Origin: Octopus vulgaris
Taxonomy: Eukaryota
DNA: 64,000 nucleotides
NCBI GenBank assembly: GCA_951406725.2
Contig: OX597840.1
Location: 28,644,001-28,708,000, forward strand
Direction: 5' to 3'
Part shown: positions 14,145 through 28,292 of the stretch, in pieces
Numbering within the stretch: position 1 is the stretch's first letter
Layout: every line of letters starts with the position of its first letter
Position numbers and translations under genes: made by a program
The notes under the pieces: generated by a model
Told to the model about the DNA's origin: nothing
Database searches by the model: none
What the model saw: only the letters and a program-made list of their open reading frames with translations

Positions 14145-14705
14145 ACATTTTATTGATTTCTGTTTGTCGAATGGCTCAGTTAATTTTTTTTTTCATTGTC
14201 TGTTCTCCTCTAATAAACACAACGATAAATTTCAACTTGCACCGGAACGCACATACACAAAGAGAAACACATGTATACATACATCCACACACACACACAC
14301 GCACACACACACATACACACACATACAAAGAGAGAGGCATTTAAGCACATGGTGATCTATCCTGTCGTTAAACGACAGACGGTGGTTCTTTAACTTCTTT
14401 CTGAACAGCCTCCACAGGTGATTCCGTTCATAAGGATCAAATATTTGTGCTGCTGTGCATTAACTCGCCCCTTCCCTCAAATCAACGTTACCTGTTCAGA
14501 TGCACGGCAGGTGTCGAAGTGATCGCAGCTCAACGTGAAATAAAGAGCTTTGCTCAAGAACACAACACAACGCCCTGTCCGGGATTCGAACACACGATCT
14601 TGTGACCATGAGTGCAACACACCAAACCACTAGGCCATGTGACCTCATACGTATATATGCATATATACACTGTATGTATATAGAAATATATATATATATA
14701 GAGAG

Positions 14706-14800
<95 letters not shown>

Positions 14801-15114
14801 CATACATATATATATATACACATATATATGCAAGCATACATACACACACATACATTTGCTCGACTAAAGACGGTGCTCCAGCATGGCCGAAGTCAAATGA
14901 CTGAACCGAGTAAAGGAGAAAGAAGATATATATATATACATATATATATATACATATATATATATACATATATATATATACATATATATATATACATATA
15001 TATATATACATATATATATACATATATATATATATGTATATATATGTATGTATGTATATACATGCATGCATACATACATACATACATACATACATACATA
15101 CATACATACATACA

Positions 15115-15146
<32 letters not shown>

Positions 15147-15396
15147 CACACATACATACAAACACATACAAGAAACCACCTCGGTGACTCAATTAACACT
15201 TCTTAGGCCCCTCAACACCTCCTTAATCCCTTAAAACCCCTTAAAACCCCTTCGTTGGCTGCGCTCGCCTTCAGTGGTTCATTTACCATCTCATGAGGGA
15301 CTCGATTGCCATTTAATTAGTAAGTCAATTAACGCGTTTCCTAATGACACATTAAGACACCTTCTCAAAGACTTTTCTCTGATTGTTCTGTTGCAG

Positions 15397-15477
15397 GCAA
15401 TGGACGAATTACGGTTATTTATGATTGTGTGCGGAATCACGGATAAAAATCGACAGAAATTAATGCGCAATCTTCGA
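15397..15477 (+). CDS. ITPR: IP3R-like exon 6: AMDELRLFMIVCGITDKNRQKLMRNLR
   Basis: ttgcag acceptor, gtaagt donor; hallmark IP3R RQKLMR motif. Confidence 0.93.
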
Positions 15478-15501
15478 GTAAGTAGGACCAGGTTTATAAT
15501 C

Positions 15502-15596
<95 letters not shown>

Positions 15597-15793
15597 TGTG
15601 TGTGTGTATGTATGTGTGTATGTGTGTGTGTGTGTGAGAGAGAGAGAGTGTGTGTGTGAGTGTGTGTGTGTGTGTGTGTATGTGTGTGTGTATGTGTGTG
15701 TGTGTGAGAGAGAGAGAGAGTGTGTATGTGTGAGTGTGTATGTGTATGTGTGTGTGTGTATGTGTGTGTGTATGTGTGTGTGTGTGTGTATCA

Positions 15794-15910
<117 letters not shown>

Positions 15911-15928
15911 TGTGTGTGTGTGTGTGTA

Positions 15929-15962
<34 letters not shown>

Positions 15963-16715
15963 TGTATGTGTGTATGAGTGTGTGTGCGTCTGTGTGTGTG
16001 TTTGAGAGAGAGAGTGTGTGTGTGTGTGTGTGTATGTGTGCGTGTGTATGTGTGTGCGAATTTGTGTGTGTATGTGTGCATGGGTGTGTGTATGTGTGCG
16101 TTAGTGTGTGTGTGCGCATGTGTGTGTGTGCGCATGTGTGTGTGTGTGCATGTATGTGTGTGCGCGCATGTGTGTGTGTGCGCATGTGTGTGTGTGCGCA
16201 TGTGTGTGTGCGCATGTGTGTGTATGCGCATGTGTGTGTGCGCATGTGTGTGTGTGCGCATGTGTGTGTGTGCGCATGTGTGTATGTGTACGCACGTGTG
16301 TGTGTTTGTACGCGTGTATGTGTGTGCCCGCGTGTGTTATTGTGTACGTGTGTATGTGTGAGTATGTGTGTGTGCGCGCGCGTGTGTGTACGCATCTGTG
16401 TGTATGCGCGCACGTGTATGTGTATGTGCGTGTGTTTGTACGTGTGCGTGCCTGCGTGTGTGTGCAAGTTTGTGTGTGTGTGTACGTTCGTGTATGTAGA
16501 GCGGCAAGCTGCCAGAATCGTTAGCACTGCGGACGAACTGCTTCGCAGCGTTTCGTCCGGCCTTACGTTCTGAGATCGAATTCCACCGGCGTCGACTTTA
16601 CCTTTCATCCTTCCAAAGTCGATAAAATAAATACCAGTTGAACACTGGGGTCGATATGATCAACTCACCCCCTTCCTTAAAATTGCTGACCTTGTGCCTT
16701 TAGTAGAAAGGATTA

Positions 16716-16845
<130 letters not shown>

Positions 16846-16853
16846 CATCATCA

Positions 16854-16917
<64 letters not shown>

Positions 16918-16925
16918 CATCATCA

Positions 16926-16968
<43 letters not shown>

Positions 16969-17025
16969 TATTATTATTATTATTATTATTATTATCATCA
17001 TTTCATTATTATTATTATCATCATT

Positions 17026-17083
<58 letters not shown>

Positions 17084-17414
17084 CATCATCATTAGGCAGT
17101 CACCTGTCACACTGCACAAAATGTTTAGTGGCATTTCGTCCGTCTTTTCACTCCGGGTTCAAATTCCGGCGAGGGTCACTTCGCCTTTGATCCTTTCAAG
17201 GTCGATAAAGTAAGTACCAGCTGGATTCTAGGGGCCGATGTAATTCACCAGCCACCTCCCTTGTACCCATAGTACAAAGGATTACTCTCAACTGTATATG
17301 TGCTTCCAGATCTGCCAATCCAAAAAAGGAATTATTCCGCGTTTTCTCGAAACTTTACATAATTCTCATGAGGGCAAAATTTAATTAATGATCTTGCTTC
17401 CTTTTTAATTACAG

Positions 17415-17600
17415 GTGATTGACCTTTTGGTGAGATTATTACAGTGTCCACTCGATGGTGTTTCGGACGAAGCTAACCTTATTCAAGTTTTCAAGGAAGC
17501 TTATGAAATCCTATACACGTACATGATTGGCAAAAGTCGAAAAAACGCCCTTTACTTTGCTAAATATATTGAATTTTTTCAAACGCAGTTTACACAAAAG
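17415..17600 (+). CDS. ITPR: IP3R-like exon 7: VIDLLVRLLQCPLDGVSDEANLIQVFKEAYEILYTYMIGKSRKNALYFAKYIEFFQTQFTQK
   Basis: ttacag acceptor, gtaaag donor; RKN..Y.AK motif of the RIH domain. Confidence 0.93.
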
Positions 17601-17901
17601 GTAAAGTGTTTTTTTAAAGGATATCAGGGGTCGCCAATGTCTCGTATGTGTTCTTTATCTTTTGTTTGTTTCAGTGTTTGGACTGTGGCCATGATGGGGC
17701 ACCGGCTTGAAGAGTTAGTCGAAACAATCGCCCTCCACCACCACCACCGCCAATACGTATTTTTAAGCCCGGCATTTATTCTGTCGGTTTGTTTTTGTCG
17801 AATTGCTAACTAGCAAGGATGTAAACAAACCAAGACCGGATGTCAAGTGGTGGTGGGATAGATGGGGATCGGAGGACGAACGCGAGACATTCACACTTTG
17901 C

Positions 17902-17936
<35 letters not shown>

Positions 17937-17938
17937 TT

Positions 17939-17997
<59 letters not shown>

Positions 17998-18436
17998 TTC
18001 ATATATATTATCTCCTCATCTATCTAAAAGCTAAAAGAAGGCATTGTTGTTTTGTAAATAACTTGCACATGCAAGTGCTACCAGTCAAGACCTCTGCAAC
18101 ACTGGAAGCCAACAAGTGTATGGGGTCATCAGGAGAGAATGCGCACCGTTTCGGGGCCTACCTCTCGACGGCATCATTATGCACCTGCCCCACTCACTGA
18201 TATGAGACCCCGCTTGCTAGATCAGCTGGTTATCAAATAAAACTCAATACTCTTCTAACCATCGCTTATCGCCTCTTTTTAACCAAATCCAATGGTTAGC
18301 CTTTTCCGCTGTACTTTGGATATCGGTCATCGTTGTTATTTGATTTACGATGAATTAGGCCTAAAGATAACAACAGTCACTTCACAATGTGTCCAACGAA
18401 TCATCTACATCCGACTTATGTATGTATGTTACTACG

Positions 18437-18805
18437 GTACTCCGTCGGTTACGGCGACGAGGGTTCTAGTTGATCCAATCAACGGAACAGCTTGCTCATG
18501 AAATTAACGTGCAAGTGGCTGAGCACTCCACAGACACGTGTACCCTTAGCGTAGTTCTCGGGGAGATTCGGCGTGACACAGAGTGTGACAACGCCGGCCC
18601 TTTGCAATACAGGTATAACAGAAACAGGAAGAAAGAGCGAAAGAAAGTTGTGGTGAAAGAATACAGCAGGGTTCGCCACCACCCTCTGCCGGAGCTTCGT
18701 GGAGATTTAAGTGTTTTCGCTCAATAAACACTCACAACACCCGGTCTGAGAACCGAAACCTCGATTCTATGACCGCGAGTCCGCTGCCCTAACCACTGGG
18801 CCACT
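18437..18805 (-). mobile_element. SINE family C
   Basis: Near-full match to 23080-23463. Confidence 0.8.
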
Positions 18806-19247
18806 AAAAATGGAGCAAAACAAACAAATATGACTGAAACAATACCTCCGATTTCGCTAAGTCGGAGGTATATAACATCTCGACTACGTCTGTACGGGTT
18901 TCATTCAAGATCATCAAGAGTCTTATTATTGTATATATTAAACGTTTCCAGATTCACCCAAAGATGGTTCCTATACTCTGCAGAATTCATTTAATCTTAT
19001 CATTAAGCGTATATTTTGATAGAATATGCAATTGTTAGTTAAACATGTTTGTTTGTTTTTTTAATATTATTTTCGTTTGGTAGAAAGAACGGTGCATAAA
19101 ATTGGAATGCGGAAGCCACGTCTCCTGCAGAGATATCAAAAAAAAAAAAATAAAAAAAAATGTTTAGCAACAATGTTCTTCGAATTTGCGAATATGCAAA
19201 ATAAAAGTGATTATTTGGGTTGTTGTTGTTGTTGTTGCTGCTGCTTC

Positions 19248-19286
<39 letters not shown>

Positions 19287-19557
19287 CGACGACGATGATG
19301 ACGACGACGATGATGATGATGATGATGACGACGATGATGATGACGACGACGATGACGATGATGGTGATGATGATGATGATGATGAAGTTATAATGAGGAG
19401 GATGATGGTGCTTGTGTTGTTGTTGTTGTTGGTGGGGGTGGTGATGATGATGATTGTGATAATAGAAACAAGTTGTAAATGCTGACACTGATCTCTCCCT
19501 GAGGGATAATGAAGTAACTTGCCTAACATAAGGTGAACATGTGTGCGTGTGTGTATG

Positions 19558-19630
<73 letters not shown>

Positions 19631-19766
19631 AAATACATAAACACACACATACATACACATATATATAGTTACACACACATACATATACTTAAATACACAC
19701 ATACACACACATACATATATATATATATATTCGCAAACATATACACTTGAACACATAGATAGATAA

Positions 19767-19833
<67 letters not shown>

Positions 19834-20504
19834 TTAAAAGCTGAGATTGAAAAAACCGATATTTGCAGTATCTTATCATTAGTCTACAGCTGCTACCGAT
19901 GTATTCGATGTTTCTTGGGATATCTTCATACAGAGCAGCACTAACATTCATAACTGCAAAAATGTCAAATAAATATTTTATGGTATAATCCACTCTATGG
20001 TTTAAATATTTATTCTAATATTGACACTATAGACAATTGACAGAAACTTTAACATCTAATACCACAGACTCACAAATATACACACACACACACATACACA
20101 CCCCTATATAAATATACACACACATACACGTATGTGATTATAAATATTATGTGTGTGTATGTTAGTATGTATATTATACATGGACATACGAGAAGGTACT
20201 CGTCAAGAAAAGAACTTGGAGAAACTCCATCTAAGGGAAAGTATTCGAAAAGATACGGCAGAGGGGAAGGAATTTGCTCATTCAGATGACACGCAAGACT
20301 AATCGTGTTTCTTTCAAATTTTCTCAAGTTGTATCGGCTCCTTTGCCTTTCCCTTGGATAACATCGGTGGCATGGGGACAGGAGGTTGGTATGCGTGGGT
20401 AACTGCTGGTTTTCCATAAACAACCTTGCCCGGACTTGTACCTCGGAGGGTAACTTTCAAGGTGCAATGCAATCCCATGGTCATTCATGACCGAAGGGAG
20501 TCTC

Positions 20505-20546
<42 letters not shown>

Positions 20547-20765
20547 TAGAGATAAAACCACTATTATGCAACTCATTACTTATCTCTAATTTATATTTTA
20601 TATATTTATATATTTATACTGAGAAATTTGATTTAATACTAAATTGAATTTTTCCCTGTAAGTTTGGAGTTATACTCCCTATTATACATATACATACATA
20701 AATACATAAATACATACACACATACATACATACATACATACAGACAGACAGATAGGCAGATAGAC

Positions 20766-20956
<191 letters not shown>

Positions 20957-20973
20957 CAGACAAACAGACAGAT

Positions 20974-21020
<47 letters not shown>

Positions 21021-21162
21021 TAGGTGAAGTAGCGCTTTGTCTCATGTAGAAACTGCTGCAGCTACCCAGCGCCATTGCAAGCTTTTCTTTCTAATTCCTT
21101 CTCAGCATTGGAAACAACTTCCGTATCGTCAGCATAAAATTCTGTGATTTTTTTTCTTCCAG

Positions 21163-21285
21163 GGTGGAATTGGTTTAAACGTGGCACAGATGATTGTGGA
21201 ACTAATCAGGGACAAAAGAAAAATTGTCGATCGAATTACTCACTCACAAATCGATGAGTTTGTGAGTCTCCTGCAGAAGAATCAG
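21163..21285 (+). CDS. ITPR: IP3R-like exon 8: GGIGLNVAQMIVELIRDKRKIVDRITHSQIDEFVSLLQKNQ
   Basis: tcttccag acceptor, gtatgt donor; matches IP3R IT..EID.FVSL..KN. Confidence 0.93.
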
Positions 21286-21322
21286 GTATGTTCACCTTTT
21301 TTTTCAATTTAATCTGATATAG

Positions 21323-21707
21323 TTTATATGCCAACTATGAACAATAGCGTCGGATTTACTTTATACGCCAACTGGTGAACAATGACGTCTCATTTGTTTT
21401 ATATGCCAACTGGTGAACAATAGCGTCTCGTTTATTTTATATACCAACTGGTGAACAATAGCGTCGGATTTATTAATATGCCAACTAGAGAAAAACAGCG
21501 CCTGTGTATTCTATTTGCCAACTGGAGAACAATACTCTCGGATGCATTTTATATGCCGACTGATGAACTATAACGTCTGGTTTATTTTATATGCTAATCT
21601 GTGAGCAACAGCGTCTATGGTGAACAATAGAGTCGTATTTATTTTATATGCCAACTAACGAAGAATAGCGTCTGATTTGTTTTACATGCCAACTGGTAAA
21701 CAATAGC
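21323..21707. repeat. Minisatellite, about 39-bp unit x about 10
   Basis: TTTATATGCCAACTGGTGAACAATAGCGTC repeated. Confidence 0.9.
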
Positions 21708-22019
21708 TGCATGGTTACAGGTTTTCAGCAGTAACTAGTTTACTGCTTTTTTGTTGGTGTCAGCAGCAGGAGAAACATGCCAATTAAAAATTGATAATTT
21801 TGCAAGTAATGGATAAGAAAATGCAGATAGTTCTTTACAGCTGTTTCTGGGATAGGTGCTCATTAGAAGCTGCTTTGTGAATTGTCTCTACATATACGTA
21901 TATTGGTGCAAGTTTGTATATATGTAGTAGCACGGGTGTAAGATGTTCGATTAGCCTAGTCCATTGTCAGAAGAAGAGTCAATATATACAGCGATATCAC
22001 AATATATATTCTTTTATGC

Positions 22020-22594
22020 TCTAAGTACAAGGCCCGAAATTTTTGAGGGAAGGGGACCAGTCGATTAGATCGACTCCAGTACGCAACTGGTACTTAATTT
22101 ATCGACCCTAAAGGATGAAAAGTAAAGTCGACCTCGGCGGAATTTGAACTCAGAACGTAACGGCAGACGAAATACCTATTTCTTTACTGCCCACAATGGG
22201 CTAAACACAGAGAGGACAAACAAGGACAGACAAATGGATTAAGTCGATTATATCGACCCCAGTGCGTAACTGGTACTTATTTAAGCGACCCCGAAAAGGT
22301 GAAAGACAAAGTCGACCTCGGCGGAATTTTAACTCAGAATGTAGCGGCAGACGAAATACCTATTTCTTTACTACCCACAAGGGGTTAAACACAGGGAGGA
22401 CAAACAAGGACAGACAAACAGATTAAGTCGAACATATCGGCCCCAGTGCGTAACTGGTACTTAATTTATCGACCCCCGAAAGGATGAAAGGCAAAGTCGA
22501 CCATGGCGGAATTTGAACTCAGAACGTAGCGGCAGACGAAATACCGCTAAGCATTTCACCCGGCGTGCTAACCATTCTGCCAGCTTGCCGCCTT
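22020..22594 (-). mobile_element. SINE family B with the same internal triplication
   Basis: Reverse-complement match to 3524-4110. Confidence 0.8.
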
Positions 22595-22747
22595 GATATC
22601 ATAATTTATATATTAACAGAGATGTAAAGAGTTAGGTAAACGAACCGAATAGCGGAAGATATATTAATAAAATAGGCACTATATTTTTGACAAGCACTAA
22701 AAGATGAAAAAAGATAATTGTAATTAATTATTGATTATTTTTTACAG

Positions 22748-22852
22748 AATTATAGATTCCTCGACCTGCTTCAAGTGTTGTGTGTATGTGACGAAATTGC
22801 CATACCTAACAACCAGACATACATTGTACAGCAATGGCTACAGAAAGACAGG
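22748..22852 (+). CDS. ITPR: IP3R-like exon 9: NYRFLDLLQVLCVCDEIAIPNNQTYIVQQWLQKDR
   Basis: tttacag acceptor, gtaagt donor; RFLD.L..LCV....IP..Q motif shared by IP3R and RyR. Confidence 0.93.
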
Positions 22853-22904
22853 GTAAGTCACTTTAATATCTATATATTTGTATATGTTTATGTGGATGGA
22901 TGGA

Positions 22905-23463
22905 AGCATTCCGTCGGTTACGACGACGAGGGTTCCGGTTGATCCGAATCAACGGAACAGCCTGCTCGTGAAATTAACGTGTAAGTGGCTGAGCACTCCA
23001 CAGACACGTGCACCCTTAACGTAGTTCTCGGGGATATTCAGCGTGACACAGAGAGTGACAAGGCCGGCCCTTTGAAATGGAAGCACTCCGTCGGTTACGA
23101 CGACGAGGGTTCCGGTTGATCCGAATCAACGGAACAGCCTGCTCGTGAAATTAACGTGTAAGTGGCTGAGCACTCCACAGACACGTGTACCCTTAACGTA
23201 GTTCTCGGGGATATTCAGCGTGACACAGAGAGTGACAAGGCCGGCCCTTTGAAATACAGGTACAACAGAAACAGGAAGTAAGAGTGAGAGAAAGTTGTGG
23301 TGAAAGAGTACAGCAAGGATCACCACCATCCCCTGCCGGAGACTCGTGGAGCTTTTAGGTGTTTTCGCTCAATAAACACTCACAACGCCCGGTCTGGGAA
23401 TCGAAACCGCGATCCTATGACGGCTCGTCCGCTGCCCTAACAACTAGGCCATTGCGCCTCCAC
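22905..23463 (-). mobile_element. SINE family C with tandemly duplicated 3' tail (about 177 bp)
   Basis: 22901-23077 repeated at 23078-23256. Confidence 0.8.
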
Positions 23464-23599
23464 ATGTTTATGTATTTAACCACTTGTGAAGTACACCACC
23501 GTTTGGCTACGTGCAAGGGACCAATTATTACCGAACGGTGTTTAGGATGCAAGAGGAACAAGCCAATATCTACGCTCTTCGATCTATCTATGTATCTTT

Positions 23600-24002
23600 T
23601 ATTATTATTACAATTATCATTCAGTAGTTTTATTTTTATATCGTGCTTTCACTTCACTACCGAGCGCAGCTCTGTGTGCCTTGGATATGTGCTGTGATTT
23701 GTTGTGATGCTCTGATGGTTATTGTATGGAAAGTGTTCTGCGTAGGATGTGTGCAGTGCCTAGTAGTGCAATTTTCTGTATGTTATATGTGTTTGTAAGT
23801 CCTGGTGTTTTTGTTATGTATTTGTCTGAATATTTTTTTATCATGCCTAATGCACCTACTATGATAGGAATTGTTTCTGTTTTTCAGATTCCACATTCTA
23901 GTTACCTCTATTTTCAGGTCTTTGTATTTTGAAAGTTTCTCCATTTCTTTTAGAGACACGTTGTCATCTGCCGGTATTGATACATCAATTAGAAAGCATT
24001 TT
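23600..24002 (-). mobile_element. 5'-truncated R4/Dong-like non-LTR retrotransposon (restriction-like endonuclease C-terminus)
   Basis: CFLIDVSIPADDNVSLKEMEKLSKYKDLKIEVTRMWNLK/TETIPIIVGALG...QKIALLGTAHILRRTL with one frameshift; flanked by (TAA)n. Confidence 0.8.
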
Positions 24003-24003
24003 A

Positions 24004-24060
<57 letters not shown>

Positions 24061-24083
24061 TACTATTGTTGTTGTTGTTGTTG

Positions 24084-24373
24084 TTGTTGTATTTCGGAAT
24101 GGTCATTTTGCCAGTTTAGCCAATAAAAACACTCGCACAATATTTTTGGTGTTACTTTGCTTCAGCGTTATTTATTTTTTACATTAATCTTAATCTTATT
24201 TCGGCCAGAGTTATTTCGTCACACTCCTGTGACCTCATCAGTGGTCCTTTGCTTTCTTCTTTCTTAAGATTAATGTAAAAAATAAATAACGCTGAAGCAA
24301 AGCAACACCAAATATATAGTGCGTGTGTTTTTATTGGCTAAACTGGCAAAATGACCTTTCCTAAATACAACAA
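24084..24373. repeat. Inverted repeat (110-bp arms) enclosing a minus-strand CTGATGA...GAAA hammerhead-like core
   Basis: Arms 24084-24193 and 24264-24373; TCATCAG at 24235-24241. Confidence 0.75.
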
Positions 24374-24529
24374 TATCTGTTTCAACACACGATTTCACAT
24401 CAAAAATCTTGCAAAACAAATACATGTTATTATTATTATTCAGGTCACCCGAAATCTTGGAGTTTGTAGCACACGCTCTTAACCACAAAGCCATACGCCC
24501 GTGGGCAATTATGGAGTGAATTTTAGGGC

Positions 24530-24748
24530 TTATAAATCTAATATTTTCCTATCCTTCCTTGATACCGGTTCCCATATGCTATTCATATCTGCACTCGGTC
24601 TGCTTAGGAGATTATTGTGTCCTAGCATATGTGCTGCTTCTTTTAGTTTTCGTATTTTCCAGTTGTGTTCTCTGTCTATTATTTTAACTTCACTCCACAG
24701 GGGGAGGTTGCTTCCATTTTTCCAAGCATGATCGGCTATACCCGATTT
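24530..24748 (-). mobile_element. Penelope-like element remnant (GIY-YIG endonuclease C-terminal region)
   Basis: Open frame [62 protein letters not shown]...*. Confidence 0.78.
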
Positions 24749-24765
24749 ATGTGCTTATTTTGGTG

Positions 24766-24797
<32 letters not shown>

Positions 24798-24821
24798 CAT
24801 ATATATATACATGTATATTTG

Positions 24822-24879
<58 letters not shown>

Positions 24880-25064
24880 AATGCATATATATATATATGC
24901 ATATATACACAAACACACACATACAAATGCACTCATGTGAATGTGTATAAATGTCAGTACGTATGCTTGTATGTATATGTGTATATACGTGTATGTGTGT
25001 GTAAGCGCGTGAGTGTATGTATATAAGTGTGTGTGTGAATGTATAAGTATGCGTTAATGTGTTT

Positions 25065-25147
<83 letters not shown>

Positions 25148-25480
25148 TAGATAGATATAGATATAGATATATTTATATATGTAAGTATGTATGTATTTAA
25201 ACATGTACGAATGTATATGTTAAATATTTACGTATGTACGTATGCATGTAAGCATGTATGTATGTATGTACACACACCTCTGTTGTCTACTAACCTGTTA
25301 CACCCCACCTCGATCATATACGGTTACATCAGTTCACTAGAGTATCAATTGCCTGGATTAGAGTAGGTAACCACACACACACACACATGATCTACCCTTA
25401 ACCCAATTCTTATTACGGGTAGCTTTGAAAGAAAACCGTTTGTTGTCGCACCTCGCAACCTTGATAGTTACATCAACAAC

Positions 25481-25569
<89 letters not shown>

Positions 25570-25810
25570 GTAATAATCCCTACTATAGGCACAAGGCCTG
25601 GAATTTGGGTGGGAGGAGTGGATATTCGATCACATCGACCCAAGTACTTGACTGGTACTTGATTCATCGGCTTCGAAAAGATGAGAGGCAAAGTCGACCT
25701 CCACGGAATTTGAACTCAGAAAGTAGCGATCGTCGAAATACCGCTGAGCACTTCACCAAGCGTGCTAACGATTCTGCCAAGCTCCCCGCCTTAATAATAA
25801 TAATAATAAC

Positions 25811-25847
<37 letters not shown>

Positions 25848-26621
25848 TATGTGTGTGTATATGTTTGTGTGTCTGTGTTTGTCCCCCCAACATCGCTTGA
25901 CAACCGATGCTGGTGTGTTTACGTCCCCGTAACTTAGCGGTTCGGCAAAAGAGACCGATAGCATAAGTACTAGGCTTACAAAGAATAAGTCCCGGGGTCG
26001 ATTTGCTCGACTACGGCGGTGCTCCAGCATGGCCACAGTCAAATGACTGAAACAAGTAAAAGAGAGTAAAAGAGAAAATAATAATAACAATAATAATAAT
26101 GATGATGATGATGATGATGATAATGATGATGATGATAATAATTTCTACTTGTAGCACAAAGCGTCAAATTGGGGGAAAAGGGATTAAGTCGATTACATCG
26201 ACCCCAGTGCGTAACTGGTACTTATTTAATCGACCTCGAAAGAATGAAAGGCAAAGTCGACCTCGACGGAATTTGAACTCAGAACGTAGCGACAGATGAA
26301 ATGCCGTTAAGCATTTCGCCCGGCGTGATAAATTGTCCCCCAACATCGCTTGACAACCGATGCTGGTGTGTTTGCGTCCCCGTAACTTAGCGATTCGGCA
26401 AAAGTGACCGATAGAATACGTACTAGGCTTACAAAGAATAAGTCCTGGGGTAGATTTCTTCGATAAAAGGCGGTGCTCCAGCATGGCCGCGGTCAAATGA
26501 CTGAAACTAGTAAAAGAGATTGAAGAGGATTTTGCGTTGTCAATTTTGGAAAGTCACTGAGGATGTCTGCGGAAGAAAACCCTGGGAATTGGTTAAAAAG
26601 AGGGCAACTGCGAAAAGAGAG

Positions 26622-27038
26622 GGATCTTTTCGGTTTGAACGGCAGTTTTTAACATAATTTCTAGGTAATTAAAAAATGTTTAAACTTCGAATGCTGGTAG
26701 AATGTGTTTATAAAACATCTTTTTCTCTTGGCTTTATTGAGAAAATTCTATAGTTTGTAAGATATTTGTTATTTTTTTCTTCAATTTCTGCAGTTTCAAC
26801 CAATCACTGACGTCCATTGAGGTAAAAAGCATTCTGTGCCGTATGAATATGTCCCTCGTTTAAGAAACAGATTGGGTTTATTTACATTTGTGAAGAAAAA
26901 AAAGATACCCTTCCCCCACCCCTAACCCTAACCCTAAAACAGATTGAAATGCAATAGATCGATACTAGGGTCATAATTATGGGTGACAATTTCATATGAC
27001 ACCGCTAGAAAAAACTGCCTTTCAAACCGAAAAGATCC
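26622..27038. mobile_element. Non-autonomous TIR element with 8-bp TSD (Merlin-like)
   Basis: TIR GGATCTTTTCGGTTTGAACGGCAGTTTTT. TSD AAAGAGAG at 26614-26621 and 27039-27046. The paralogous repeat near 27280 shows the empty site. Internal (CCCTAA)n. Confidence 0.88.
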
Positions 27039-27372
27039 AAAGAGAGCCTTATTATAAAAAAACAGTAGCTCGAAATCATGCGATAGAATAAGTACTAGAC
27101 TTACAAAGAATAAGTCCTAGGGTAGATTTCTTCGACTAAAGGCTGTGCTCCAGCATGGCCGGAGTCAAATGACTGAAACAAGTAAAGGAGTTTGAAGAGG
27201 AAATTTTTGCGTTGTCAATTTTGGAAAGCCACTGAGGAAGAAAACCCTGGGAATTGGTTGAAAAGAGGGCAACTGCGAAAAGAGAGCCTTATTATAAAAA
27301 TAAAAGTATCTCGAAACCTTGCACTGCGAGCAAGTTACAAAAATATGTATACGGGGAAGAAAAGATTGAAAC

Positions 27373-27422
27373 GCCACCTGATGAGACGTCAACACCTGCA
27401 TTCGAAACCAGGGTACGGTAGC
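27373..27422 (+). ncRNA. Degenerate hammerhead-like motif (copy 1 of duplicated pair)
   Basis: CTGATGA 27378-27384 ... GAAAC-CAGG-GTA; stems I and II imperfect. Confidence 0.4.
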
Positions 27423-28242
27423 ACCCTGAACACACGAGGACTTAACCTAAAAACGTTGGCTTGTAATTGTTTTGTTATTGTAGTTGTTGTTGCTGTTGTT
27501 TTATAGTTCGGCTCAGTCCCACTGCGTGGCACCTCGGGAGAGTGTCTTCTGCTGGCGTGTTTGCGTCCCCGTAACTTAGCAGTTCGGCAAAAGAGACCGG
27601 TAGAATAAGTACTAGGCTTACAACGAATAAGTCCTGGGGGTAGATTTCTTCTACTAAAGGCTGTGCTCCAGCATGGCCGCAGTCAAATGACTGAAACAAG
27701 TAAAGGAGATTGAAGAGGAAATTTTTGCGTGGTCCGTTTTGGAAAGTCACTGAGGATGTCTGCGGAAGAAAACCCTGGGAATTGGTTGAAAAGGGGCAAC
27801 TGCGAAAAGAGACCCTAATAATAGTAGCTCGAAAATTTTTGCGTTGTCAATTTTAGAAAGTCACTGAGGATATCTACGGAAGAAAACCCTGGGAATTGGT
27901 TGAAAAGGGGGCAACTGCGAAAAGAGACCCTTATAATAGTAGCTCGAAAATTTTTGCGTTGTCAATTTTAGAAAGTCACTGAGGATGTCTACGGAAGAAA
28001 ACCCTGGGAATTGGTTGAAAAGGGGGCAACTGCGAAAAGAGACCCTTATAATAGTAGCTCGAAAATTTTTGCGTTGTCAATTTTAGAAAGTCACTGGGGA
28101 TGTCTACGGAAGAAAACCCTGGGAATTGGTTGAAAAGAGGGCAACTACGAAAAGCGGGCAACTGCGAAACGAGACCCTTATTATAATAATAGCTCGAAAA
28201 TATGTTAAGAAAATATGTATACGGGGAAGAAAAGATCGAAAC

Positions 28243-28292
28243 GCCACCTGATGAGACATCAACACCTGCATTCGAAACCAGGGTACGGTAGC
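28243..28292 (+). ncRNA. Degenerate hammerhead-like motif (copy 2)
   Basis: Near-identical to 27373-27422; CTGATGA at 28248-28254. Confidence 0.4.

Noticed and set aside
21323-21707. CRISPR-like periodic repeat
   Set aside because: Contiguous degenerate tandem units with no unique spacers, no cas genes, and a eukaryotic intron context.
27721-28200. 115-bp units as a retrozyme array (CTGAGGA...GAAA in most units)
   Set aside because: Stem II is weak and no NUH or stem I pairing could be built.
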